From Zygophlyctis sp. KS116 (lineage: Eukaryota; Fungi; Chytridiomycota), in the NCBI GenBank assembly GCA_054661495.1, contig BAAFSQ010000015.1, positions 1 to 32,000 of the forward strand: a stretch of 32,000 bases of DNA. The letters run 5' to 3'. Position numbers and translations under genes: made by a program. Of this stretch, positions 18,544-32,000 are shown in pieces. The first letter of the stretch is position 1; the number at the start of each line of letters is the position of its first letter. The notes below the pieces were generated by a model that was not told the origin of the DNA, searched no databases, and saw nothing but the letters and a program-made list of their open reading frames with translations.

Positions 18544-21500
18544 TTAATTTTCTAGAGCTATCTTTAGTTTGTTGAGTTTATCTTCCATTTTTGTCTTTTG
18601 CTGATCTATTTCGCTGATGAGAACTTTGACTTCCGATTCCAGTTGATTTCTTTCCAATTTTATTTTATTTACTTCGATTTCAAGATCTTTGATTTTTCTG
18701 ATCATGGCCTCTCGTTCAGTCTCAAACGTGCCAAATTTCTCTTTTTGCGCCTTCAAATTTAGTTAATATATAGGTACCTCAAATACAATTTTCATATTCA
18801 AATGCTCCGCATCTTTTCGGCGGATCGCCTCCTCTCTCTCATGAATAAGAGCGGCTTCTTTCTTTTTGAATGCTTCAGTCACCTTCAGTACTTCTTGCTC
18901 TATGAGGTTTATACTATGATTTCTTTGTAAAAGTTTCTCGGAAACAGCATCAAGCTCATTGCGCAGTGAGTCGCGCTCAACTTTGTATTCATTAACGATT
19001 GATTGGAAGTGCTTAACAACAGCCTGCTGATTATCTAACTCCTTCTTAATTTCATGCGACACATTTCTCTCATATTCTAGCTGTTCACTCCAATATGACT
19101 CCCTTTTTGAGCTTTCATTTGTGATTAACGAGGATTCCCGCACCTTAAGTTTATAAATAAACAAATACCTTATTTTCCAAGTTTTGCCGCAGTTTCTTTA
19201 AACTGTCGTTCTGATCTTCAAGCATCTGATTCTTGATTTTAATGGTCTATTTTTAGAGGACGAAACAGAAAGTACCTGATTAAGTTCCGCATTTTGCTCT
19301 TCGATCGATTTAATTTGATTTTCCAGCCCTTCAATGCGTTGTTGAATGATGGGCTTTTGAGAATTCAATTCTATTTCCTAGTTATCAAATAATTCCATTT
19401 TTACCATTTTACTGATTTTATTGCAAAGTTCGTATTTTTGATTCTTTAATTCAGATATTTCCTTGGAAGAAGACTCTAAATTGCCCAATATACGAACGTT
19501 CTTTTTTGTGATTTCCTCATATTGTGATTTTGATAATTGCAAGGCGCTTTTTAGCTCTTCGTATTCATTACATTTTTCCTAAATGATCATGAGCAACAAG
19601 GATACATCGTAAATATTTGCAGTAAGTTCAAGCTTTGATTCATGCTCATTTAACTTGACCTTTTGATCTTTTGCTAGATTCGTTAGCTGCTTAATTATCG
19701 AGGTATATTCATCCTCATTGTTTTTAAATCCAGACAATTTCTATTGGTAAATTTAATCACAGCTACCTGTCGCTGATCTTCACATATCTTCTGTAACTCC
19801 ACATATGCAGTACTGATTTGATCATACTTCTCTTTTTCACCTATTATTTCATGTTGCAAAATTTACTATTATAAACCATCCTAAACTCATTTTCTAGATG
19901 ATTATATGCTGTTTGAAGTTTCATAAATTCTGCCCGTGACTCATCCAACTCCTTGCGATGTTGAGTGAGCATAAGTTGAATTTTATCACCCATAGCTTCT
20001 TTCCGATCTTGCTTTTGATATCTTAAATTAATTAAGGTCAATTACAACAATGCATCATTAAGCCGATTCTGATACTTTATATCAACATCAGCAAGGGATG
20101 ATTTTGCCAGCTTCAGTTCCTCATTCAAATTTCGTATTTCTTTTCTTTGAAACTCATCTTGCATTTCCATCTTTATGTTAATTACATTTAAGCAAACCTG
20201 GGTAATTTTAATCTTAAAATGCTCCCTTTCTTTTAAATATTTCAAAGCCAAACGAGATTTTTCCTCCTCTAATGTTTTAATTTTTATTCTTGAGCTGCAA
20301 AGATTATCCTTTACATTAAAATCACAAGTCTGTACCTTGATTGTAGCACTGTCTTTTTTAAGTATTAAATTTTCTTCTTCCATCTTATTTTTATCTTTCA
20401 AGTGATTCTCTTTTTCCATTTTACATTCTTCCAAATCTGCAAACAATTTCTTGATCGACATTTTGGGAGTTTCGTCCTCTGCCGCTTGAAGTCTCCCCTT
20501 AAATTCCGAGTTCAGCAACTTAATCTTCACGGAGATCTAATTTACCTCTAATTTTTTGTTTTTTAAAGTCAACTCTTTAATTTCATCATCTTTTTCTGAC
20601 AAATCTTTAATGAGCCTTGATTTTTGTTCTAAAAGCCCATTATTTTCCCATTTAAGCGTTTTTACCGCTTCCTAAATTTTACAAACTACAATCTACCGTG
20701 GTATTCTTTAAATCTGAATGAATCCTATCAATTTCAGATAGTGAAGTCTCTAATTTCTGTTGAACATTTTCCCTATTATCTCTTTCAATTTGCAAAAGTT
20801 GAGAATGAATTTCCTTTCTTTTAAAAGACTAAAATTACATTATTTTGCGCCGACCTTTGTACCTTTTTGGTCCTATTTTATAAACAAGTATAAAATACAC
20901 TTCTATTTTCTCCTTGACGGAATGATCTAATTTTGGTATTTTACTAGGAACATTGACAATCTCTTTAACTTGCTATCATATTTAGTAAAATCTTAAAACT
21001 CACCATAATATTATCCTTTCTCCAATCCACATATTCCTTTAAATAATCCTGATTTTAAAACTAAATAATTTATACCTTTTCATTGTGCTGTAGTTTTTCT
21101 ACAATTTCTTTTAATAGTTTTTCTAACCCATCTATTCTCTTTTCAGACTCTTGCGACTCTTTATTGCACTTTAATTCTTTAATTTGACTTTCTAATTCCG
21201 TCAATTGATCCAAAACTTGAGAATTATTATTATTTTCAGAGGCTTGCTTTACATTTTCTGATAAATTTGAAATATAATTTTCAATAACTTGTAATTTATG
21301 AGATAAATTCCCAATATCCTTGTCTGGTAAATTTTCTAGACTTGAATTTTCTACATGGTCTGTAAATGAGAAATCAGAATTTGATCCAAAATAAACATTT
21401 CCCAATCTATCTAAACCATCAATACCCATTAATTGAGGAACTAGATTAAACACTTTAATCCTAGAATACTTGTAATCTTGCATAAATTTGTTATGACTCG

Positions 21501-22025
21501 GCAGAGTTAGATCACTAGAAAACACGATTTCCTTTAAATGACAACATCCAACTAGATACTGCAACTGATCCAAATCCTGAATATAATTCCCCTTTATATC
21601 AAAAATACTTAATGAATGATGATTTCCGTGAAGTTCAACTATGATTAGTTCAATAAAGTACCCAGTCCTTCTAAATCATGAATGTAATTAAATGACAAGT
21701 TTAGATTCAAGAGTTGATTTAAAGACCAAATTCCTTGAATTTTTGATATTTTGTTATTTGATAAATTGAGAGTTTTTAGATTTTTTAGACATGAAATACC
21801 ATCCATACTTGAGATACAATTTGAAGATAAATCCAAAATACTCAAATTGCTAATCATACATAGAACATTCGCGTCTAGAGTCGGTATTTGGTTAGAATGA
21901 AGTAAAAGTTCATAAATCCATCCTTGGCCTCTTTGGTTTGCTTCATGTTTGAATAGAGGTACAAGCTCTTTTAAACATTTTATTCCATAATCTATTTGAG
22001 ATACAGTGACTCCTTGCGCAATCAT
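18544..22025 (-). CDS. LRRCC1: Leucine-rich repeat and coiled-coil centriole/basal-body protein (LRRCC1/Vfl1-like)
   Basis: SDS22-type LRRs (LLLHSNQI, LDLSSNCI, LNLSNNKI, LNLSFNYI), an LRRcap-like VFNLVPQLMGIDG, then a long coiled coil with LENEFRM. Many short introns, including an 18-nt micro-exon (DQKGTK, about 20856-20873). Confidence 0.8.
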
Positions 22026-22083
22026 GGGGATTTTTAATGACGCAATCTGAATATAATAATAGATAAAATATATTTAAAAATGA

Positions 22084-23742
<1,659 letters not shown>

Positions 23743-23832
23743 TTTCCCCACAATTGTCACGGTACCTTTCAAGTAGTAAGATTCTTAATAGGTTTATTTT
23801 GATTTTACACAATGTAGGACTCAACGTTGAGG

Positions 23833-24551
23833 TCAAACAGGACTTGAACAGAGTCCTTGAGTCTATGTGCACTTTAGAAAATTAAATTACAGAAATCCAA
23901 AAATCCCATGATATCTCTTTACACATTGATGATTTTGCCAAATACATTCTTCTAATTCCATCTTTCCAAAATAAAAATATTCTATTATTACATACATGTC
24001 CCCAATTTTCTCCTATTTTTTAATCTAGAGGAAATACCTAGTGCAGGAACTAGAATCCCTTGATTATTATGTATTTTAGTAGTCATTTGATTTGTTAAAA
24101 CTATTAAAATTCCTTTTTCATATGCAATCTTTTTTAATTCTTGTCCGATAGAATTTAAAAATACGCTTCGTTGTCCATAGTCTGAAATTCCTTTAAATAA
24201 AAATGCTATAGAGTCTATAATAATCAATTTAACATTACTAAAATCTAATAAAATACTCTCTAATTCTTGTATTAGACTAGTTAATTGAGAAAGAGAAAAT
24301 ATTCTATAGACTTTTAAATCATTTGTATTAATAAGAGATCCAGTCATTTCCAATAGTCTTTTTAGAGTAAAACTACCTTCAGTATCTATATATATAATTC
24401 TTGATTTCTTCTTCAAGACTGATGATGAGAGTTGAATACATAATTGAGTTTTTCCAAGGCCTGGAAGTCCAATGATTTCAGTCAATTGTCCTGGTAGAGT
24501 AGCCAAAGTTGAGTTTAATGGTTCTAGTCCAGAGTCTATTGGTTCGTTCAT
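23833..24551 (-). CDS. RAD51C: RAD51 paralogue (RAD51C-like), RecA core only
   Basis: TEIIGLPGLGKTQLCIQL (Walker A), IYIDTEGSF, LIIIDSIAF (Walker B), LTNQMTTKI, LVPALG-ENWGH. Two short introns. Start at 24551, with an alternative at 24623. Confidence 0.8.
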
Positions 24552-24641
24552 ACAGGATAGGATCAGTCGAGTGTCTTGGACTGTATGTAGGCAGTATATA
24601 GAGTAGGCGCACTGTAGGATCATAGCGTAGGCACATTGTAT

Positions 24642-27266
24642 ATGCTGTCAGACTTGGAATCACAGCTGCTACAGGCCTTGGACACTTTAAAACTCACCGC
24701 CTTCTTAAACGGTGGGACGCTGGATAGTAATGTATTCAAAGGATGGAATAGATCAGATCAGGAATGGTTGGATTTTATAAATGAAGCAAGAGCTCATATA
24801 AGATGGGAGAGAATACAATCTGTAAATTGTGCTGATGATGTTTATTATTTCACTCAAGATCATTCAGATGCAAAAATCAGAGCAAAGGAAATTGCTATAG
24901 AACAATCAAAAAATCAAGCTAAAGTTACAAAGGCTTCAGGAGGATTTGATTATCTTTTTATGGAATTAGAGTCAATGGTACCAGATACATTAAGATTAAA
25001 AGAATTAAAAAGTTTAATACTAGAATCTAGACCTTCTAAAAGTAAATGGGCTTCAGATGATAAGTTGGGGCAAGAGCCAGTATACGAGGCATTTGAAAAG
25101 GTTTTGGCAGAATTAAGAAATTATACGGTATCTAGGATTAAATTTAAAAAAATTAGGAACACTCTCTTCCGTTTTTAAAACCAGTTCAAAAACGTGAAGC
25201 TCCAAATTATTATGATGTTATAAAGAATCCAATGGATTTAGGGACAATGGCTAAAAAATTAAAGAATTTAGAATACAAGTCTAAAGAAGAGTTTTGTAAG
25301 GATCTAAATTTAATTTGGAATAATTGTTTTACTTATAATACTTTGCCTGAAAGTATTTATAGAAAACATGCAAATGCAATGAGGCAAAAAGCAGATGAAT
25401 TAATGAAGATAATACCAGAAATATCTGTAAAAACTGGAGTAGAGGAATCAGATGATGATGAGGGTATTTAGATTTAGATTAATTTTGAAAAAGTTAGTAA
25501 GTTGGGGACTGCTGCAACTGCTTCTGTAAATGGGGATACTATGCACGGGGAAAATAATTCAAGGCGTCCACTGACTTTTGCAGCCCTGGAAGAAGATCAA
25601 GAAGGAATGGATTTAGATTTTATGGAAAATATGGATAGTATTGATACACCGGTGCTTGATGGTCAAAAAGATGATGATACACATCATTCCGAACATGGCG
25701 AGGAGGATGACGACGAGCAGCTTCTAGAGTCAACTTGGGATTCCGTCCAGTTTCAAAAATGGAGGGAACTATCATTGGAGCAAAGAGCTCATGTATATGT
25801 AAGTTACCTTTTAGATTAATCTAAAAGAAACGTCACTTTATTGATTCAGGTGTACGTTTTGAGAACAAAAAGGCTTTTGTAAGAAGCCCCGAAGACATGT
25901 TGGATTTTTACTGCCAAGAGGCTGAATATATTGAACGTATGAAAAGTCTTGAGGATGCATCATCTGTTAATACTAAAACTGGTTACTGGGAAAAAGCTTT
26001 TCTTCCAGAATTAATGTCACCTACATCCATTATACCACACATTAAGCAACCGTATGCGTAAGTGTTTATTTATAATTTAAAAGTGATTCACAAACCCCCG
26101 CTATATCATTATCAAGGATTAAATCTGCAAATATCGATAAATCAAGCAATATTTACCAAAAAGTCTGCCAAAATATATCTGAACTTGATCAAATCAAGAA
26201 ATTATATTACAATATAGAGGTATTTATCAATTTATGAAATTATAGGGAGAACAGTTTCATTCAACTTCACATACATATGCTCGAGACACAGATGTGCTGG
26301 TTTCTTCGTCTATTAATTTAGGGAAAGATGAGGCCTCCAAAATATTGGGGCAATCTATAAGCTTATTAATGAATCATTTAGGATTTGACGGTATATCTGT
26401 TTAATTTGTAATTGATTAGCGATATACGAATCGGCTCTTTGTACATTTATTGATTTAGTGGCAGAATACCTTTCAAATTTTGGGCGAAACATAAAGTTAT
26501 GCTTGGATAGTGCTGATCCTGGCATTACCACGGAGGTATTTATGATCATTTTTCAATCATTAGGAGATTTTGGAATATGCCCTTGCTCAAAATGGTATTT
26601 CTGATGTCCAAGTTTTACATGCACACATACTAGGCCTCGTTTCTCAAGGCAAAAGGCTTTCTAATATTAAAAACTACTTAAATGGGATACAAAATAGGAT
26701 ACTGTTGGTATTTTTCTTTTCTATTGATGGTTAGAAGCAAGAAAAATCAAATATAATTACGGAGGAAGAAGAAAATGAATTGGTTATGAGGTATCAAGTT
26801 TCATTTAAAACATAAGTGGAAATTACTTATCAGCCCTTGGAATTGATATTTTAAATATCAAAGATATTGGCATTGATATTACAGAGGTTCCATTAGAGTT
26901 GTGGAATGAAAAAGCGAATAAGCAAGTATGCCATGTAGAAGATCGGTATGTTTTAAAAAATTGATAGCAGACTTGCATCTCCCATGACAGGCCCAAGGAT
27001 TGAAGAAATATCAACTCCTTGGAAACCAATTTCTGGTGAAAAACAGATCGGGCTTCTTAAAACATTTTATGATAGACCTGCTACGGCTTTAATAGAGGTA
27101 TTATTCTTTTAGCTTAATATCCAAGGACGATCAAAAGCCAAATGTCAAAAGTCTAAAAAGCAAAGTAATGGTTCGCGCTGCAACAGTGAGAAAGCGACTG
27201 GTTATAGGAACTGACAATATACCCAAAAAGAAGAAAAAATCAACAACTTCCAATAAAATAGAATAA
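24642..27266 (+). CDS. SPT7: SAGA complex bromodomain subunit Spt7
   Basis: [36 protein letters not shown]...APNYYDVIKNPMDLGTM...IWNNCFTYN, acidic linkers, and a histone-fold segment (HLGFD-AIYESALCTFIDLVAEYLSNFG). Many short introns. The basic tail ends at TAA 27264-27266. Confidence 0.9.
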
Positions 27267-27280
27267 TATGTACTACTTAT

Positions 27281-29320
27281 TTATTTTGCGTACTCGATCA
27301 ACGCATGCTCTTCTAAAAACTCAACCATCTTTTTCAGTACTTTATCTTTCGAGAGTGTCATAAATTCGCCATTACAAACGACTACCAAATGACATTTTGC
27401 TCTTGTTAAAGCAACATTTAATCGCCGTGACTCTTTCAAGAATCCAATTTCAAAATCATCGTTACTTCTAACCAGACTAATTATAATTACAAGTTTTTCT
27501 CTTCCTTGAAATCCATCCACAGTTCCTATTTCTATCAAAGGTGACTCTTCTCTCAGTGCCAACTTCAGAAGATCCACTTGGGCATTGTAAGGTGATATAA
27601 TCGCTATTTCTCCATCTTGAATACCCCAATTCTTCAATCTTTTTATATATTTGATAATCATATCTGCCTCTCCTTCATTAAACTTTGAATCATCCAACTT
27701 AATTCCTGATGTTGATGATTCAACTGACTCCATAAAGTCTGCACCAGTTGTATCCAAAAACATTAGCGGAGACTCAGTCTCTTCGCACTTTTCAATGTTT
27801 GGGAAATCAATCAATGTACGGAATTTCACTGATTCATGCGCAATCAATTTCCCTTCATAAAATTGAGAAGATGAGAAGTTCATTATTTGTTCATTCTGAA
27901 ATTACAAAAAATCACATTACCATTCTATACTGAATATTTAAAAGCCTTTTAATCGAGTCACCATATAATTTAACCAGACGATCTATAAGTGTTGTTTCTA
28001 ATTTCATTGATTTCTTATCGGACATTTTAACGGCTTTAGTAGATTTGACTGTAGGCTAGACATTAATGTTATTTTAAAAACGAACAGGTAGCTGCATATG
28101 ATCACCAGCAAATATCACTCTTTTAGATTTCAGAATTGGAATCCATGTTTCTGCCTCAAGAGCCTGTGATGCTTCGTCTACCAATAAAGTATCAAACTCT
28201 TCATAAGCCAGAACCTTGCTTGCGGCCCCATTTAGAGTACATAAAACTACCTGAGCATTTTTTAGCAACGATTGAATAGCACTTTTTTCACGAATTCTTA
28301 ACTCTCCTCTCAAGTGTTTAATTTCCTGATACAGTGCCCTCCTTTCACTTGATCTTTTAGACTTTTTGATTAAATTCAAAGTATTGTCCATTTCCCTTCT
28401 CACATCCGTCACAATTTTCCCTTGATCACAAGTTTTAAGCAAAATATCTAATGAATGTTCCAAAACTGCAGGAAGAATCCTAGCGGGATGCCCTATTCTT
28501 ACAATATTCAGCCTTGTCTTTGCCAACCTTTCAACAATATTATCTTAAAAATTAAATATCTCATGTACCAACTGAAAGATTTGATGGACCACAGACTAAA
28601 ACACGATCTCCCCTCTTTACCAATTGTAAGATAACTTCAATACAAGTAAAAGTCTTCCCTGTCCCTGGCGGCCCATGAATCAATGCAACTTGATTAGCAG
28701 ATAATGCAAACTTTACAGCATCTTTTTGTGCTTGATTAAGTTCATCCTCATTAAAACATAAAAGATCAGACTGTAAATCTCCAAATGTGGGTTTATAATC
28801 ATTCATCAAGACCTTTCATTAATTCTTAAAAACCTTACTCTAACTACTTCATTATTTTCTTTTTTTGAATTCATTAAAGTCATCATTGTATCCTTCATTC
28901 TCTGATAAGTAACATTATTAGCCATTTTAAATCTTTTCTTTCATTATAAAAATATTACATTGACTGCCTCTTCCCTGTATCTTTAAATTCTTCTGAGAAT
29001 GCAATTGTTATAACCTGATCAGTTATTTTATACACAACACCCGATTGTTCATTTGATTCATCACGAACCGAGACGATATCACCATTTCTAAATGAATGAG
29101 TAGGAAGTAGATCGCCGATATCTCTTTCAAAATCAATACAAAACTTTCCACCGAGTCCAGTTCTTTGCCCAGTGATCATCAAACCACAAAGCGCAACTCC
29201 CAGTCTCTGCAGTTGAATTGGCGAATATTTAGCATGAAGTGATAAAGTCGATTCAATATCCGCCTCTTTTTCTGCCTCTATCAGTTGAATCTGTGTTGTT
29301 GCAAAATCAGTCAAATCCAT
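27281..29320 (-). CDS. IGHMBP2: UPF1-like SF1 helicase IGHMBP2/SMUBP-2/Hcs1
   Basis: [93 protein letters not shown]. Five short introns. Confidence 0.93.
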
Positions 29321-29438
29321 AAGTCACTGACCACTGATCGGTTCCCTTGAGAGAAACGGAAAAACTTCGTGATCAATTGACCGCCCCATTAAAGTTTGGC
29401 TATAAATAGATTTGCTCAACGATTAATTATTAATAACC

Positions 29439-30725
29439 ATGGGACTAGATGAATCAATCGGCAAGATCAATGAAATAAAGGAACACTTTCCCTCTGAAAA
29501 GATACTTGATGAGGCTACAATTAAAAGGTTTTTGATTGCTAGAAGTTATGATGTGCAAAAAACTGTCGATATGATTCAGAATTATCTGGAATTTAGGAGG
29601 ATAAATGATATTGATTCCATTAAACCTCCAAATGGCATTGATAGACCTTTTACAATGTCTGTTCGGAAGTTGTATAGAGATTCAAACTATGATTCAAATG
29701 CAATTGGTTTAAAAGATGAATTTAGAAAGTTTTATCCTGCTACTGGTGGGATGGGGGTTCATGGCTATGATCGGCAAGGTCATCCGATATTGATTGAACT
29801 ATTGGGTAAGTATAATGTCAAAAAAATGGCTGAATTATGTGATCCAGAGGTTCTAAAAGAATTTTGTATATTAAATAATGAATTTATCTTTGGACAAGTA
29901 ATGGCTGAATGTAGTAGGATACATAAAAGTACAATAGAAAAGGTATTTTACTATTTTTAAAAGATTGATGGTTGCAATATTTGATTGTACTGGAATGGGT
30001 TTACATCAATTTCATGTTCCGGGGATCATGTTATTGAAAGTAGTTGCATCATTAAACCAAGACTATTATCCTGAACGTTTATACAAGATATTTATAGTTA
30101 ATGCTCCAGTATTTTTCTCTGCAGCATGGGCAATAGTGAAAATTGGATTGGATAAACGTGTATTGGATAAAGTTATGGTACTAGGATCGGATTATAAAAC
30201 TACTCTATTAAAGCATATTAGTCATGATCAACTTCCAAGTTTTCTTGGTGGATCGTGTACTTGTGCTCATATGGCTGGTGGATGTGTTCCATCTCCTTCT
30301 GAAGATATACCAGGCGATCATTTGGCTTATCGCTATAAAGCTTTTCTTAAAAAATCTCAACCAATTCATGAACATGTAGTAAATCTTCAAGGAAATTTTC
30401 CAATTCATTTCAAGTACGAGTCTCTAGCAAATTTAAGTTTTGAAATCATGCATGGCTCAAAGTATTTTTTAAAATACTAATATTTAGAGTAATATATACA
30501 AGTGATTCCAATCAATTAAATGATACATCAATTTCTCTAAATCCAGGGCAATACATTTTCCGATGGACTGGACAAAAGCTTTCTTTTAGGCAATCTAGAT
30601 TAGATTATACAATTTTACGGCAATTAAGTCATTCAGATTCTGGATTTGGACTCCTTGATGATGAATGGGTTGACTCTGAGGGCGATGTTTTTTATGACTC
30701 AAAAGAATGTTTGTGCTGGTGCTAA
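29439..30725 (+). CDS. SEC14/CRAL-TRIO lipid-transfer protein with GOLD-like domain and C-terminal FFAT-like motif
   Basis: RFLIARSYDV, HGYDRQGHPI, QDYYPERLYKIFIVNAP, QLPSFLGG. After intron 30462-30487 it reads NPGQYIFRW (GOLD-like) and ends DDEWVDSEGDVFYDSKECLCWC*. The first intron (from 29943) lacks an in-frame AG. Confidence 0.85.
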
Positions 30726-31392
30726 AGTTTGTTTTATAAAAGATTACATTGACAATTACATTTTTAAAGACTGCGATTGTACATTTGTTTCTCCACTAGT
30801 GTCTGATACTCTTGATGTGAATATTGACGAAACTAAATACGATGGACTCGTAGTCACTTCTAAGCGATCACTGGAAGCGTTGAGTAATTACATCATTAAC
30901 ACCATAGAAGATCTCAAGGATTTAAAGGGAAAGACGCTCTTTGTTGTTGGTCCTTCTACTCATGCAAAGGCTGTTGAAATGGGATTCAAGTCTATTTTGG
31001 GATCAGAGAGCGGATCCGCTCTCGCATTAGTGGACTATATTCTAAAAGGAAAATGTAACAGGCTGTTATTGCTGACAGGTGATAAAAATAGGGACGATTT
31101 ACCTTTGGCTTTAACTGCAGCCAAAGTTCAGTTTGATCAACTCAAAGTCTATGAAACGAAAACAAATCCCAATTTGGAAGTGGATTTGTTAAAATTGAAA
31201 AATCCAGAATGGATGGTGTTTTTTAGTCCCTCTGGATTCAATGCTGTGAATGAATTCTTGAAGGAGTTTCCTAAAATTGCATGTATTGGAAAGACGACAG
31301 CGTCTCATATCAGGGATCGTGGATACGAAGTGATGGCGATTGCATCAACTCCTGATCCGGTGTCTCTGTATAATGCAATGTTCAACACATAA
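30694..31392 (+). CDS. HEM4: Uroporphyrinogen-III synthase
   Basis: KVCFIKD, YDGLVVTSKRSLEA, FVVGPST, GSESGSALAL, LLLTGDKNRDDLP, VYET, WMVFFSPSG, IACIGKTTA, ASTPDP. The last in-frame ATG before the conserved first strand is 30694. Confidence 0.92.
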   Translation: MTQKNVCAGAKVCFIKDYIDNYIFKDCDCTFVSPLVSDTLDVNIDETKYDGLVVTSKRSLEALSNYIINTIEDLKDLKGKTLFVVGPSTHAKAVEMGFKSILGSESGSALALVDYILKGKCNRLLLLTGDKNRDDLPLALTAAKVQFDQLKVYETKTNPNLEVDLLKLKNPEWMVFFSPSGFNAVNEFLKEFPKIACIGKTTASHIRDRGYEVMAIASTPDPVSLYNAMFNT

Positions 31393-31405
31393 TAATAGAT
31401 TTATT

Positions 31406-32000
31406 TCAAGAAGAGACTAATGATGAGGCATCCTTGAGCCAAATGGAAGCAAGTTCTTCAATTAAAATTACTAAAAAATTACCTTGCAATGTTTCAGTTA
31501 GACGGTTCCAGTTAACATCACCTTCTATATTAACGATTTGCGAGTCAGCCACCGGCTCCTCTTTTGTTTTGGGCAAAACCTTTTTACGAGTGGGTTGAAC
31601 AGGCTCTTGTGCCCGCTTGGAGAGATATTCGACAGAGTGCATTGGCTGTTCTTGGTCCAGGACGTCCAGAGGAGGGCCTGCAAACCATTTAATGCGCCCA
31701 TCAGGGAGTCTATCAAAACTTTCGGCTGATTATTAATAAAATCTAGAAAATACCAGTTGATTCAATTATATTGTCTCCAGGAAGATTTCCAAGTTGATTG
31801 TAATACAATGGGTTGATTTGATTAGTTGGACCAGAGGGTGTCTGTCCTGCTATATTAGGACGGCCAAAACCTCCCCCAGATATGGCAGACGTTGCCGTGT
31901 TAGGAAGTGGAGTAGAGTAAGCGGGAACACCAAGATATGGATTCGGACCCACTTGTAATTGTGGTCCAGGCGGAAGGGCTGGAGCTTGCGGTCGAACTGG
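31406..32000 (-). CDS. 3' end of a probable RSC1/RSC2 (polybromo-like) chromatin-remodelling subunit; partial
   Basis: Pro/Gly-rich linker, then after intron ~31726-31753 AESFDRLPDGRIKWFAGPPLDV....MHSVEYL, resembling the C-terminal motif of fungal Rsc1/2. Probable 27-nt intron at 31456-31482. The diagnostic bromo/BAH domains would lie outside the window. Confidence 0.55.

Noticed and set aside
26355-27029. Minus-strand ORFs 26355-26549 and 26823-27029 and similar short antisense ORFs elsewhere
   Set aside because: Shadows of spliced genes on the opposite strand (here SPT7).

Overview
AT-rich, extremely gene-dense eukaryotic DNA, most consistent with a flagellated (zoosporic, chytrid-like) fungus. 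The basis is fungal-type SPT7, TOM20 and RSC1/2 alongside flagellar/basal-body genes (TSNAXIP1, LRRCC1, CatSper-epsilon) and a chytrid-type Crinkler gene. I can read about 21 protein-coding genes. Most are split by ultra-short (about 21-35 nt) GT-AG introns, which is why the ORF track is fragmented. Main points: (1) an intact, full-length ~950 aa homologue of the sperm Ca2+ channel auxiliary subunit CatSper-epsilon, starting 18 nt after and in frame with the RPS27 stop, with no obvious signal peptide; (2) same-strand gene pairs that abut or overlap (CutC TAA directly followed by the aminopeptidase ATG; SEC14-GOLD-FFAT overlapping HEM4 by 32 nt), suggesting polycistronic or overlapping transcription; (3) an intronless multi-TM transporter-like/GT61 glycosyltransferase fusion next to an SGNH O-acyltransferase-like gene; (4) a Crinkler gene with duplicated header domains, a REase-like plus kinase C-terminus, a mitochondrial-presequence-like leader, and a decayed third header upstream. 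All family assignments come from motif recognition by eye; no database searches were run.
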